A stretch of DNA of 64,000 nt. It comes from Toensbergia leucococca (lineage: Eukaryota). The stretch's first letter is position 1; the number at the start of each line of letters is the position of its first letter. Below are positions 49,057 to 59,898 of the stretch, one piece after another. The notes under the pieces were generated by a model. That model did no database searches. It was not told the DNA's origin and saw only the letters and a program-made list of their open reading frames with translations. Both the position numbers and the translations under genes were made by a program. The stretch lies in the NCBI GenBank assembly GCA_022813965.1, contig JALDZS010000039.1:62001-126000 (forward strand), read 5' to 3'.

Positions 49057-52000
49057 ATGGATAAGGACATCGAGCTTGGAGACCATCCTGCGTCTAATCC
49101 GAGGTCGCTGGTTGAAGCTCAAGATGATATGGCTACTGACCTCTCGTTGCGTGCCGTCGTGCCAGTCAACGTTCATGCTAGGAATCTCTCTTTTGAGGTT
49201 GATGTGTCGCCGAGTGGCTTCTCGGCCTTCGCTGCTCGCATCAATAGGACGAAGCTGCCAGAGCAAGAGCCGCAATTCAAGACAATTCTGGAAGACGTTA
49301 GCCTATTCATGCCAAGTGGAAGCTTGACAGCTATCATTGGGGGTAGTGGAAGTGGGAAGACCTCAATGCTGAACATTATGTCTCACAGGATGAGCGGAAC
49401 CAGACTCAGATCAACAGGAAGTATCCTGTACAACGGTAATTCAAAGCTATCAAGCATTCGGAGCGCCTATGTAATGCAGCAAGATGTTTTACTACCCACG
49501 CTCACAGTCAGAGAAACCCTTCAATACGCTGCCGATTTACGGCTTCCGCCACCTACGACGGCCGAGGAAAGGCGCAAAGCTGTCGAAGACGTGATTCTGG
49601 AGCTTAGCCTGAAGGACTGTGCAGGCACCAGAATTGGGAACAATATTTACAAAGGCTGTTCTGGTGGGGAGAAGAGAAGAACGAGTTTGGGTGTGCAATT
49701 ACTGGCGAATCCCTCGGTTTTGTTTCTTGACGAAGTCACTACAGGTCTCGATGCAACAAGCGCTCTTCAGCTCATTAGGACACTCAAGGTTCTCGCAAGT
49801 AAAGGTAGAACTATCATCGTCTCAATTCACCAACCTCGCTCAGAAATATGGGATTTCTTCGACGGTGTTTTATTGTTAACAATGGGTTCATCTGTGTACA
49901 GCGGGCAAACAAAGGACTGTGTACAATATTTCGAGGACCTAGGATACGATTTACCTCCTTTTGTGAACCCCGCGGAGCATCTAGTAGACCTAGCGGCTGT
50001 GGACACTCGCTCTGTAGAGCTTGAAGCAACATCTCTTGCACGAGTAGAAAATCTAAAACGGGCATGGAAGAGCTCTTCTGAGATCCAACCGCCGGAAGCA
50101 CTCGAGGAGAAACCTCCTCTCGAAGAAAAATCGGTAGATGACGAGGGGAAGAAATCTCGTTCCGCCCTTGGCCGCCAAATCCATGTACTGACTGCACGTA
50201 CTCTTCTGGTCACTTATAGAGATCCGATGGGTATGGCTGGTAGTCTTCTCGAAGCTGTTAGTATGGGAATTATCACAGGATGGATCTTTGTTAATTTGGG
50301 TGGAGACTTAGCCGGTATTAGGTCTCGAGAAGGTGGACTGTACATCGTCTCTTCACTCCAAGGCTACCTCATCTTACTTTTCGAAACTTACCGTCTCACG
50401 CTTGATATTGAGTTGTTCGATCGAGAAAGGGGTGAAGGTGTCGTCAGTGTCTCTTCCTTCTTGATCAGTCGCAGGCTCGCTCGTCTTTTCATCGAGGACG
50501 TCCCAGTGCCTCTTATTTTCTCCATCATCACCTATTTTATGATGGGATTCCGACTACTGGCCAGTCAATTCTTCGCTTTCTTCGCAATCACGCTTCTTAG
50601 TCAATATATAGCCATTGCAACAGCTACTGTGTGTGTTGCCATCTCAAGGAACTTTGCCGGGGCTTCGTTGATAGCCAACATGATATTCACACTTCAGAGC
50701 GTTTGCAGCGGTAAGACACAAATCTAGTGTTCGAGATTACTAGTATCTAATGAGGTGCTTGTAGGATACTTTTTGCAGGCCAATCAGATACCGATTTATT
50801 TGCGCTGGTTGAAGGTATGAATCACTTATTTTATGGGAGGCTAAAGCAAGGTTGAGATGGTACTGATACTCTTTCTCACGATGAATGACAACTGAATATT
50901 TAAGTAATCGTTTTCTTATTTGTCGTGAGAAAGAGTACCGGTATCAAGTCGAACTTCCAATAATCTCTCTTTATGTACCTTTCGGACCCCAGTTGTCTGC
51001 TAACTTTGCCTGCGAATAGTGGACTGCTTATGTCTTTTATGCTTTTGGAGCGATAGCTGCCAATGAATTCGTTGGACATACATCCGATCCTGCAGGCCAG
51101 CTATATGATTGCCCAGCAGCTGGTGGAACTGCAAATCCAGCTTGCAACGAATACACGGGAGCGTATGTTATGGAGTCTCTTGGTTTCCCTTCTAATTGGA
51201 TATCAAGGCCCATTGTTGTTCTTTTTGCATTTGTCATTGCATTCTATCTCGGGGCAGGCTTGATACTACAATTCTTCAAGGTCGGAATGAACATCTCGAG
51301 AGTGCATAAGACGGATATTGACTACTCCGTTGGGAAGGAGAAAATGAAAACTAGGTCAGTTGAGGAAGTACGGGCAATACATATCAGACTAGAAAAGTAC
51401 AGCCTGAATATCCAGAAACGTAGTATTTGGGGAAAGAAGGCGGCAGAGCTGTCGATATTACAACCTGTCACCACCGGTTTTGAGCCAGGCGTTCTGAACG
51501 TTATTATGGGCCCTTCTGGGAGTGGTAAAACTTCACTACTCAATTTGATGGCCCGCCGACTGCACAATACGATATCCACAGAATACCAAAAGGATGGCGA
51601 TATGTTCTTCAACGGAGCCATCCCATCAGAAGCTGTGATTCGGTCCGTATGTTCTTACGTTTGCCAGGACGACGATGCCATTCTTCCCTTTCTGACTGTC
51701 CGAGAGAATCTTCACTTTTCTGCTGCCCTGCGACTGCCTACCTTCTTATTGAAAGAGGAGAAACACCAGCGTGCTGAATCTGTCCTACTGAAGATGGGCC
51801 TGCGTGATTGCGCAGACACTTTAGTCGGGAGTGATCTGGTAAAGGGCATCAGTGGAGGAGAGAAACGAAGGGTAACCATTGCAATACAAATCCTGACAGA
51901 TCCTCGAGTGCTGCTTCTAGACGAGCCTACCTCCGGCCTTGATGCTTTCACAGCTTCCTCAATCATGGATGTCTTAATTGGCCTTGCTGAAGAAGGTCGT

Positions 52001-53264
52001 ACAGTTATCCTCACTATCCATCAGTCTCGGTCCGATCTTTTCAGGAGCTTTGGCAACATTCTCCTCCTTGCTCGCGGTGGTTCTCCAGTGTACGCTGGCA
52101 AAGGCTCTCAAATGCTTCCTCACTTTGTATCTCTGGGTTTCAATTGTCCCATCACCACCAACCCCGCTGACTGGGCTCTGGACCTCATCACGGTTGATCT
52201 CCAACATTCCACAAAAGAAGCTGCGAGTCGAGAAAAAGTCAAGTCTCTGATTTCCGATTGGGACCATGCCCAGCCTGCTCTCGCCCATTTATCTTCCCAT
52301 ATAGCCACTCCGGCCGAGCTCGGTAGCCTGGCTCGGGCAATGACGCCTTTTCATATCGCCTTTCCAATTCTTGTCCATCGAAGTTTCATCAATTTCCGCC
52401 GAAATACCCCGTCCATCGTCGCCCGCACAACGCAAGTCGCTGGCCTTGCAATAATCCTAGCTCTCTTCTGGTCCCCACTGAAAAGCGACTACTACAGCAT
52501 CCAGACACGTCTTGGTTTCATCCAAGAATTCTCCTCCCTCTACTTTGTCGGCATGCTCCAAGTGAGTTTCCCAAAATCTAACAACAGTAAACCTCTATTC
52601 ATCTTAGCTAACATCCGCCCCCCGAAAGAACGTCGCCGTCTACCCCGACGAGAAACAAGTCTTCTACCGCGAACACGACGACGGCGCCTACTCCATCGAA
52701 GCGTTCTTCCTACAATACACCATCACTGAGCTCCCCTTTGAAATCTTCACTAGCCTCCTGTTCGCCGTGCTCTGCGACCTTGCTGCCGGCCTCCCCCGCA
52801 CGCCCCAGCTCTTCTTCATCGTAGCCTTCAACTGCTTCGCCATTGTCAACTGCGGCGAAAGCATCGGCATCATCTTCAACACCCTCGTCTCGCACACGGG
52901 CTTCGCCGTCAACCTCACCTCGGTAATCCTGTCCATTGCCACCCTGATGGGCGGCGTCATGAGTCTGAACGTCCCGTCTTTCCTGCAGGCTTTCAATCAT
53001 CTCAGCCCTATCAAATGGAGCCTGGGAAACTTGGCTCCGTATACCATGCGTGGACTGGTGTTTACCTGCACCGAGTATCAGAGACTTCCGGATGGGCAAT
53101 GCACTCTTAGTACCGGGGAGCGAGTGCTGGATTTGTATCATTTGAATACGAATGCTGGGTTGAATCTCGTGGCATTAGGGGTGTGTGTTGTTGTTTATCG
53201 GGCACTAGCATATGGGGTTTTGAAAATCAAGAGGACAAGGTGGGGGTGGAGGGGGAGGGGTTGA
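49057..53264 (+). CDS. Full-size ABCG transporter (NBD-TMD)2, yeast YOL075C-like; 4 exons, ~1293 aa
   Basis: Walker A GGSGSGKT and GPSGSGKT; signatures CSGGEKRR and ISGGEKRR; Walker B FLDE and LLDE; two TM domains. Introns at 50711-50764, 50815-51019 and 52562-52628 give one frame. Confidence 0.94.
50848..50956. repeat. Long imperfect inverted repeat (hairpin) within ABC transporter intron 2
   Basis: Perfect 15-bp arms TACTCTTTCTCACGA (50867-50881) and TCGTGAGAAAGAGTA (50923-50937), extendable on both sides with G-U pairs. Confidence 0.9.
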
Positions 53265-53774
53265 GATGTTGGGTTCCAATTTTTATAATTGAGAGAGAGA
53301 GAGAGGGGGGGGAGAGTAAAGGGGAAGACTAAATATAGCTTTTCCTTCCTCCAAAAAAAAAAGGGGAGGTTCCCAACTTTCCCACCCTTTCCCACCCCTT
53401 TCGTCTTTCTTCCTCGCCCTCACCCTACCTGGCTTATGAAAACTTGCAAATCTTCCGCCGCTACATCTCTACTACATCCCCCAATTAGTTTTTTTTCCAA
53501 GCAAGCAGAATTTTCGGCTCGCAGAAGAAATCTTCATGCTAGCAATGACTGCACTGGGTGGGGGCCCCGGGTGGGTGTGGGGTGGGCCAGGGTGTTGGAG
53601 CTGCTAATTAGTGCCGAGGAAACAGCCCCCGCTTTTGAAATACTAGAGATTTAAATAGGTGCGGTTCTTAAGAAAAAGGAAAGGGGAAAGATAAAGATCC
53701 TGGCTAATCCTGCCCTATTCATGCTTCTGCTTCGTTGTTTCGTGCCGTTCACTCACTTGGCCATTGAAGCTTTC

Positions 53775-54215
53775 TGTTTTTTTTTTTCTTTTTTTTTTCC
53801 CACCAACGGGGGGGTTGTGGGATGAGGGATGGGATTGAGGATGGGTGTTGTTTGTGGGGTGTTTTGGGTGAGGTGAGGTGGGGTGGGAGATTGGGGGGGG
53901 AGTTGAGGTGGGGGAGGTGGTGAGGGGATGGTTTTTTTTTGGGGGGCTTTGTGGGATGGGATTTGGGATGCGTGGGGGTTTTGGATGGTGTGGATTAATT
54001 GTGTGGGTTTGATGAGTAAAAGATTTTGTGTTTCGTTGGGTTTGGGATGAGGTTTGGTGTAATGGGGGGGGGTGGTTTGGGTTAAGGTTATTTGGATGTG
54101 TGGGCTTTTGGGGGAATTTTTTTTTTTAGATATGAGAAGTTTTGGTGGGATGAGCGTGTTTGTCTTGTTGAATAGGTGGGAGATGTGTTGGTGGGTTTTT
54201 TGGGGGAGGTGGCCT
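53775..54215 (+). repeat. G/T-rich low-complexity tract with many G3+ runs
   Basis: For example ggggggttgtgggatgagggatgggattgaggatggg...gaggtggggtgggagattggggggg; C is almost absent. Confidence 0.8.
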
Positions 54216-54485
54216 GCCGAGATGTAATCTACACGCTTCTTGGGTAGGAGGTGGGATAGAGGAGGTTGCTAGTTCTTCTGGATAGGGCTCAAAGGGGGTA
54301 GTGGAAGTCTTGTTGAATTAGTATCAGCAAACTTTGGTTTTCACGGGGCTTCTGGAAACGAGTTTTTCATCATGAGCTGAACGGCTTTTTAATCTTCGTT
54401 ATGAGAAGGTTGTGGGAGATTGGGGTAGTGATTTCAGGTACAGAGGAAGTAGTCGGACTGCCAATCTGGATACATGCAAGCTCTC

Positions 54486-55358
54486 TCACTTCGCAACCAA
54501 ATGGGTAAACATCAACTCCAGCTCTTCTCCAGTCTGACAATGACGAAGAGGTTTCCTCTCCACCTGGATCTCATCTTCTCCGCGTTGATTGCCACGATCG
54601 AGCATCTTGGATCGGAGCATCGTTACCAACGCGATGCTTTCCTCGACGGTACATGTAGTGCGCACGTCGATGACTAGCTGCTCCAGGCCACCGATCTTCA
54701 ATAGCTCCTCTAGCCAGGCCCGAGAGATGATGGCCTCGGGTCCATGGCCCTCTTCGCCATATGTGTCTGGCCAGCTTGGCGCTGTACGCCAGGGAGCTAC
54801 TCGTACGTCGGGGATAACTCCACTGATACTCAGTCGGAGTTGTTTTAGGGAAATGGATCTGCTTAGTCCATCGCACATGGATCCCCATGGCCAGGAAAGG
54901 TTCGGTCGAAGCCACCAAAAGATTGGAAATATTTCCGACTCGCCAATGTGAATGTGCATGTATCGAAAATGCAATAAAGCTTTGTGAGGTCGATCGTGGA
55001 GAAATGCTATATATTCGAGGCCCAGAGATATTATGTCGTACCGAAATACAAACTGGTTCTCTTTGTAGAAGATCTGGGAACACTCGTCGTATATTCGTCG
55101 ATTTGCGAGAAAGAGATTCAGACCTATTGGGTCTCTGTGTTTCTGGCCTGGGGTCATAATCTGGTAGGTCGACGTTTCCCACGGCACGGCATCGCTCCGA
55201 TAACGTTTGGAGGTAGATTCTTTCCATGTTGTTCTTAGATGTACCGGTGACTTTGACTCTGAAGCATCAACGATCTCAACCTCAATCGAGTTCCGAACGA
55301 GCGCGCATCTGTAAATCTCATCTCGAATTTCTTGCGGTAGCTTGAGAAATTCGAACAT
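54486..55358 (-). CDS. Hypothetical protein with N-terminal F-box-like motif (DUF7730-like fungal family)
   Basis: Intronless ORF from ATG 55358: FEFLKLPQEIRDEIYRCAL...LNLFLANRRIYDECSQIFYKENQFVF...LKQLRLSI...WLEELLKIGGLEQLVI. Confidence 0.8.
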   Translation of the reverse strand: MFEFLKLPQEIRDEIYRCALVRNSIEVEIVDASESKSPVHLRTTWKESTSKRYRSDAVPWETSTYQIMTPGQKHRDPIGLNLFLANRRIYDECSQIFYKENQFVFRYDIISLGLEYIAFLHDRPHKALLHFRYMHIHIGESEIFPIFWWLRPNLSWPWGSMCDGLSRSISLKQLRLSISGVIPDVRVAPWRTAPSWPDTYGEEGHGPEAIISRAWLEELLKIGGLEQLVIDVRTTCTVEESIALVTMLRSKMLDRGNQRGEDEIQVERKPLRHCQTGEELELMFTHLVAK

Positions 55359-56829
55359 GGTATCTTCCTCAAACAAAGGGCCTTAGAAGAGGTTTGATTT
55401 AGATGTCTTCAGATTTGGAGTAAGGATTCCTTCAAATATTCCAAGAAAAGAGGTTCAAGAACGATAGAAGCAGAAACAGGATGCGAAAACCCTAGAGGGC
55501 GAGGGATGTATCAAGGAGATGATCTGTAAGACAGGGATGATAACTTACTCTAGACTCTTGATCAGTGCTTCTCTCTCGCCAATGGTCGTGTCGTTGGATC
55601 AAGATGTAACTTCGGTCTTGTAGTAAGATGGCTTGAATTTTGCGTCAACCAAGCTCGTATTCACTCACTACTCTTGCAAGAGCGAGTGGAGTACCTACAA
55701 TTTGAAAGAAACAATGTAAGAAGACACTCGGAAGAAAAAGCCCGGCTAGGGTACGTACTTATTTAAGACCGTCAGGAAGTTTTTATATTGATGGTGACTA
55801 AAAGTTGCTTGTAAAGTTTTCTAACAGTGGTAGATCGCTTGAGATATCTGCTTGCTTGCTGACTGTCTCTCTGATATCCGTCGATTGAAAGTGGCTTGAT
55901 TACTGTGACTCTCGCCAGAATGAATTTGGCATCGGTAAGTGAATCGCATATAGAAGATTTAAAACCCGCATGAGTATATATAGAATTTAATGTCAACTGT
56001 CGTGAAGAACACTGGTATGATCAAAGCGTTGCTTCTTCATACAGCAGAGAAATCTGGTTATGTTGTGGACTGGCCTCAACGCCCTTCACTCAACTCTCTA
56101 TGGGTCTGGTTCACACATCTGATTGATCTCATCGTTCAGTCCCAGGCAGCTTCGGTATCCCTGAGTTCCGAACATGATTCAAACAGGCATCCTTATCAAT
56201 GAGTTTCATAAAAAGGTGCCTTGGAATGAGCTGAATCAATTCCGCTAGTACGTAGACAGATATTGAATGGAAGATTGCGCAAGGTTCGTAAATCTGAGCG
56301 TTTTACTTGAGTGGAATAGCTTAGTGATGTTAAAAAAAAGAGGTAGATCATCCTGTGGTTGAATTCCTCTGCTACGGCTTGCAGGCGGAAGGGTATATAA
56401 GCAGTGGTCGGACTTGAAGCAGGCCGCTTAAGAAATTAGACATTGAAGCATTGAGGGCAACATAAATGCAGCAGATGGGAATATTGCAAAGCTTTAAAAG
56501 AGCGCAGGACAGGATGATTAGAATCATTGCTGAAAGTTGAACAGAGTGAGAATCATCGACGCTGATTATATATGCGAATGTGCAGTAGAACTAAGGGTTA
56601 TTAGAGCACACATTACTGCAAGAGGTCTTTGAGAGAGAGAGATGAGAGCGAAATTGGCAGAGTGGGAGAGTGGCAGGACTCTTAGGCGTAGAATATTTTA
56701 CGGGGTTTGAGAATAGAATACCAACGCGGTGACGCGGCCATGTTGGCCATTTACCTCAATTGAACGAATGTTAACTTTACTCTTATGTAATGGCCAGCAC
56801 CGAGAGAATCAAACTATAAATCTCGGAAC

Positions 56830-58438
56830 ATGGAAGAGCAGGCACCATACGTGTCTGTCACTGGGCAGCCTCTGAAGTTAGACCTTCACTCCGGCTTCCA
56901 GGGTTCGTGGACGCTCTACCTATTCCAAATCAAGTCTTACTGCAAAGATCCTAATGTCTATCCAGGTACTTGCGCATCAACTGCATCATTCGAGAAACTC
57001 AATCAATTGGGTGAAGGCAGTAAGGCTTATCCGCCATCATCGATAGACATCTGAGCCAAATTAACAGCTCTAAGCCTATGGCGTCGTCTACCGCGCCCGA
57101 AATATGGAGACATCAAGGATCGTGGCTCTTAAGCAAGTTCGAATGTCACCAGAAGAGCGCCAGAATGGCATACCCATCACTGCATTACGAGAAATCTCTA
57201 TTCTTCGCTCCCTGAAACACAACAACATCATCAATGCCGTTGACGTAGCTGTTGAAGGAAAGGCCATGGATGAAATCTATATGGTGATGGAGTACGCTGA
57301 GCAGGTTGGTGATCCGATGCTGAGGGCCTTCACCTGAAGCTTTTCCAGAGCATGGGCGCACCTAGCTGGCTTATTGTTCCTCCGCTATGCGGTGGGGGAA
57401 GTGCCGGTTGTTTTGAGAACGTAGGATTTGGCAAATCTTCTCGATGAGTTGCACGTCAAATTCAGTATCAGCCAAGGTTTGTTAATCCTTGTGGATTTCG
57501 AACAAGAAGTCAATCTAACGTTGAGCATCACAGTCAAATGTCTTTTTCGACAACTTCTTGAAGGCCTGGATTATCTCCACAGGAACGACATCATCCACAG
57601 GTGAGCAGAGACTTGAAGATAGTCAAAGCCGAGACTGAACCTAGACATGTAGAGACGTCAAGATGCAGAATATTCTACTTACAGCGAAAGGGGTACTAAA
57701 GCTCGGTAAGTCAAGACAAGACCTTTGTACACAACTACGGACGTCTTGGACTTATTGTAAATAATAGCGGACTTTGGCATGGCACGCGAGTATAGCTCTC
57801 GTCCACTGACTCCTGGTGTCGTTACGATATGGTACAGATCACCAGAGCTTCTCCTTGGCACCAAATACTACACCCCATCTGTTGATACATGGTCGGCTGG
57901 TCTTGTCCTTGCCGAGCTGCTCCATAGTACGCCTTGCCTGACCGGAGAAACTCCTGTCGATCAATTAGCTCTGATCGTGAAGCTGCTGGGCTCGCCCACG
58001 CCAGACGATATGGCCGTATTATCAGCTATGGGTTGTCCTGATCTGATCAGATGGCGTGGAGAGTCACTGGCATCGGGACGAGCCGATAACCTTGAGCGAA
58101 GATTCCTTGCGGATACGTCGACTGAGACGGTGAATATGTTGCGTGGTCTACTGAAATGGGATCCTAGGGCTCGATGGACTGCTCTGGAGGCATTGGGGAA
58201 AGGCAGAGGTAGATATGCTACTGTTGCAGAACGTTGGTGGCAAGAGAGTCCGCGAGCTGTGGACCAGTCTCTGCTACCCACTTACCCAGAAATGCGCAAT
58301 GGATTGGAGATTCGAGGTAAAGGGGTAGACATGTCAGGAAGCAAGGGGTCCTTGGGCGACAATTCAGGTGGTTATGTGTTTGACTTTGAAAGTCAAAGTG
58401 CATTACAAAGGCCGCCGAAGAGGCATCGTGCACGATAG
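56830..58438 (+). CDS. Cyclin-dependent kinase, CDK10/CDK11-like; 7 exons, ~399 aa
   Basis: Introns at 56903-56965, 57020-57074, 57305-57424, 57477-57533, 57601-57652 and 57706-57767. Motifs FEKLNQLGEGTYGVVYRA, VALK, PITALRE, HRDVKMQNIL, ADFGMAR, LTPGVVTIWYRSPELLLG, LLPTYPEMRN. Confidence 0.92.
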
Positions 58439-59067
58439 GGGTGTCTCTTGAGTAAAATGAATATTGAATCCTTTGGTCAATGTCGTGGACGATACATGTC
58501 ACTTGATACCACCTGCATCATCAACAAGCAGATAGACTGTAGAGAGCAAGATAAGAGACGTTCCCTACAAGACCTAAATAACTCAACCTCATGCCTTATC
58601 AACAAGGTAAGTGAGGTCTGTGTGCTGCACGTGGTGCATAAGCTCTATGCCGGGCTTCAGCGAGGCCAATCACCATCTTGCTTCTGTGCCACATGCATGC
58701 CAAGCATCGTTCCTCGTACCAAACTACCAATAGCCATGTCGATGTGGAAAATAGACTTTCGCATGATCAACCATTCCCGCCACGCCAGTTGACAGATATT
58801 CAAGCGAAAAGCCCAGTTCCATGTACTCCGTACCTACCCACCTACTGAGTTACCTACTTGAGCTACTGAAGCTTGCGGAAACTTAAACACTGCAACCCTA
58901 ATTCCCTTGCACTCCACATACTCTGTACCAATTACTGCCCTCTCCATTCCGTTGGCTGGCGGGGCCTTGAATTGACCGAAACTGATCACCTTTGTTGCAC
59001 GCATCGTTCACATTGTTGAGCGTGAGCGCTAAGCTATTTGTTGGACGAGGAACCGGGTCCCTGCACC

Positions 59068-59898
59068 ATGACTCGGCGTACCGTCTACGCTCTTGCCCTC
59101 GTGGGTTTCCTTGCCGGTCAGCCAAACCTCACAGCTCAATCATTCTTTGCTCCATCACAGCCATAAGTTCGAGCAAGAAGCTAATCAGATTACCGTAGCC
59201 TGCGCCTTGACATTGACCAGCATAATAATACCTCGATGGATCAGCTGGGATAACGAAACTGTATGTCTTCTCCCTCCCAGTTCGACGCATATCAACGAAA
59301 AACTCAGCTAAAATTCTCACCCTCCTCAAGCCATCCGGCGGAACAATTCACTACACCTATGGCCTCCACCGTCGCTGCTCCTCCCTAGACAAAACTTGCG
59401 AGAGCTTCCCCCAATTCGAAGACTGCCGCGATGACCGTTATTTCTGCTCCATGTGGCGCACCGTCGGTTTCCTGATGTCTTTTGCCGTCGTGATGGAGGG
59501 CATGACATTGATAGCATGGCTGGTGATTCTCGCAGGGGGCAAGCAGAAGAGGGAGACGGGATGGAAAATTTTGAGTCTGCTGTTACTGGTCGTCGGGCTG
59601 ATACAGTGTGCGGGCATGTCTATGATAGTACGCTTTTCATTTTTGTCCCTGCTCTTGGGGCTCGGAAAAAGGTCTGTGTAAAACAGGTAGCTGATCTTAC
59701 GGTTCCCACGAATAGGCATATCTCTACGACAACGACGACCGCTTCTCCCCTCCTTGGCGATTGGACAGCTCATGGATCATGTGTACCGTCAGCTGGGTGG
59801 TCATGATCTCCCTGGCCGCCGGCATCAGCGCCGCAGCAGTCACCCTACCCTCAGAAGGAGGCTATGAACTAATACCCAATGAGGTTCAGGAGGAGTGA
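59068..59898 (+). CDS. Four-TM claudin-like (PMP22/claudin/SUR7 superfamily) membrane protein; 4 exons, 196 aa
   Basis: Introns at 59117-59198, 59261-59330 and 59628-59715. TM1 is followed by RW...YGLHRRC-x6-C (claudin-type W-GLW-C-C loop), three more TM helices and C-terminal EGGYELIP. Confidence 0.85.

Noticed and set aside
50814..50910. Possible stwintron in ABC intron 2 (G|GTATGA...TTTAAG|TAATC would recreate a GTAATC donor)
   Set aside because: That route removes one extra exonic G and frameshifts the conserved LRWLKWT sequence; single-intron splicing keeps the frame.
54571..55227. 218-aa alternative-frame ORF inside the F-box-like gene
   Set aside because: Arg/Ser-rich shadow frame without motifs; the 54486-55358 frame carries the family pattern.
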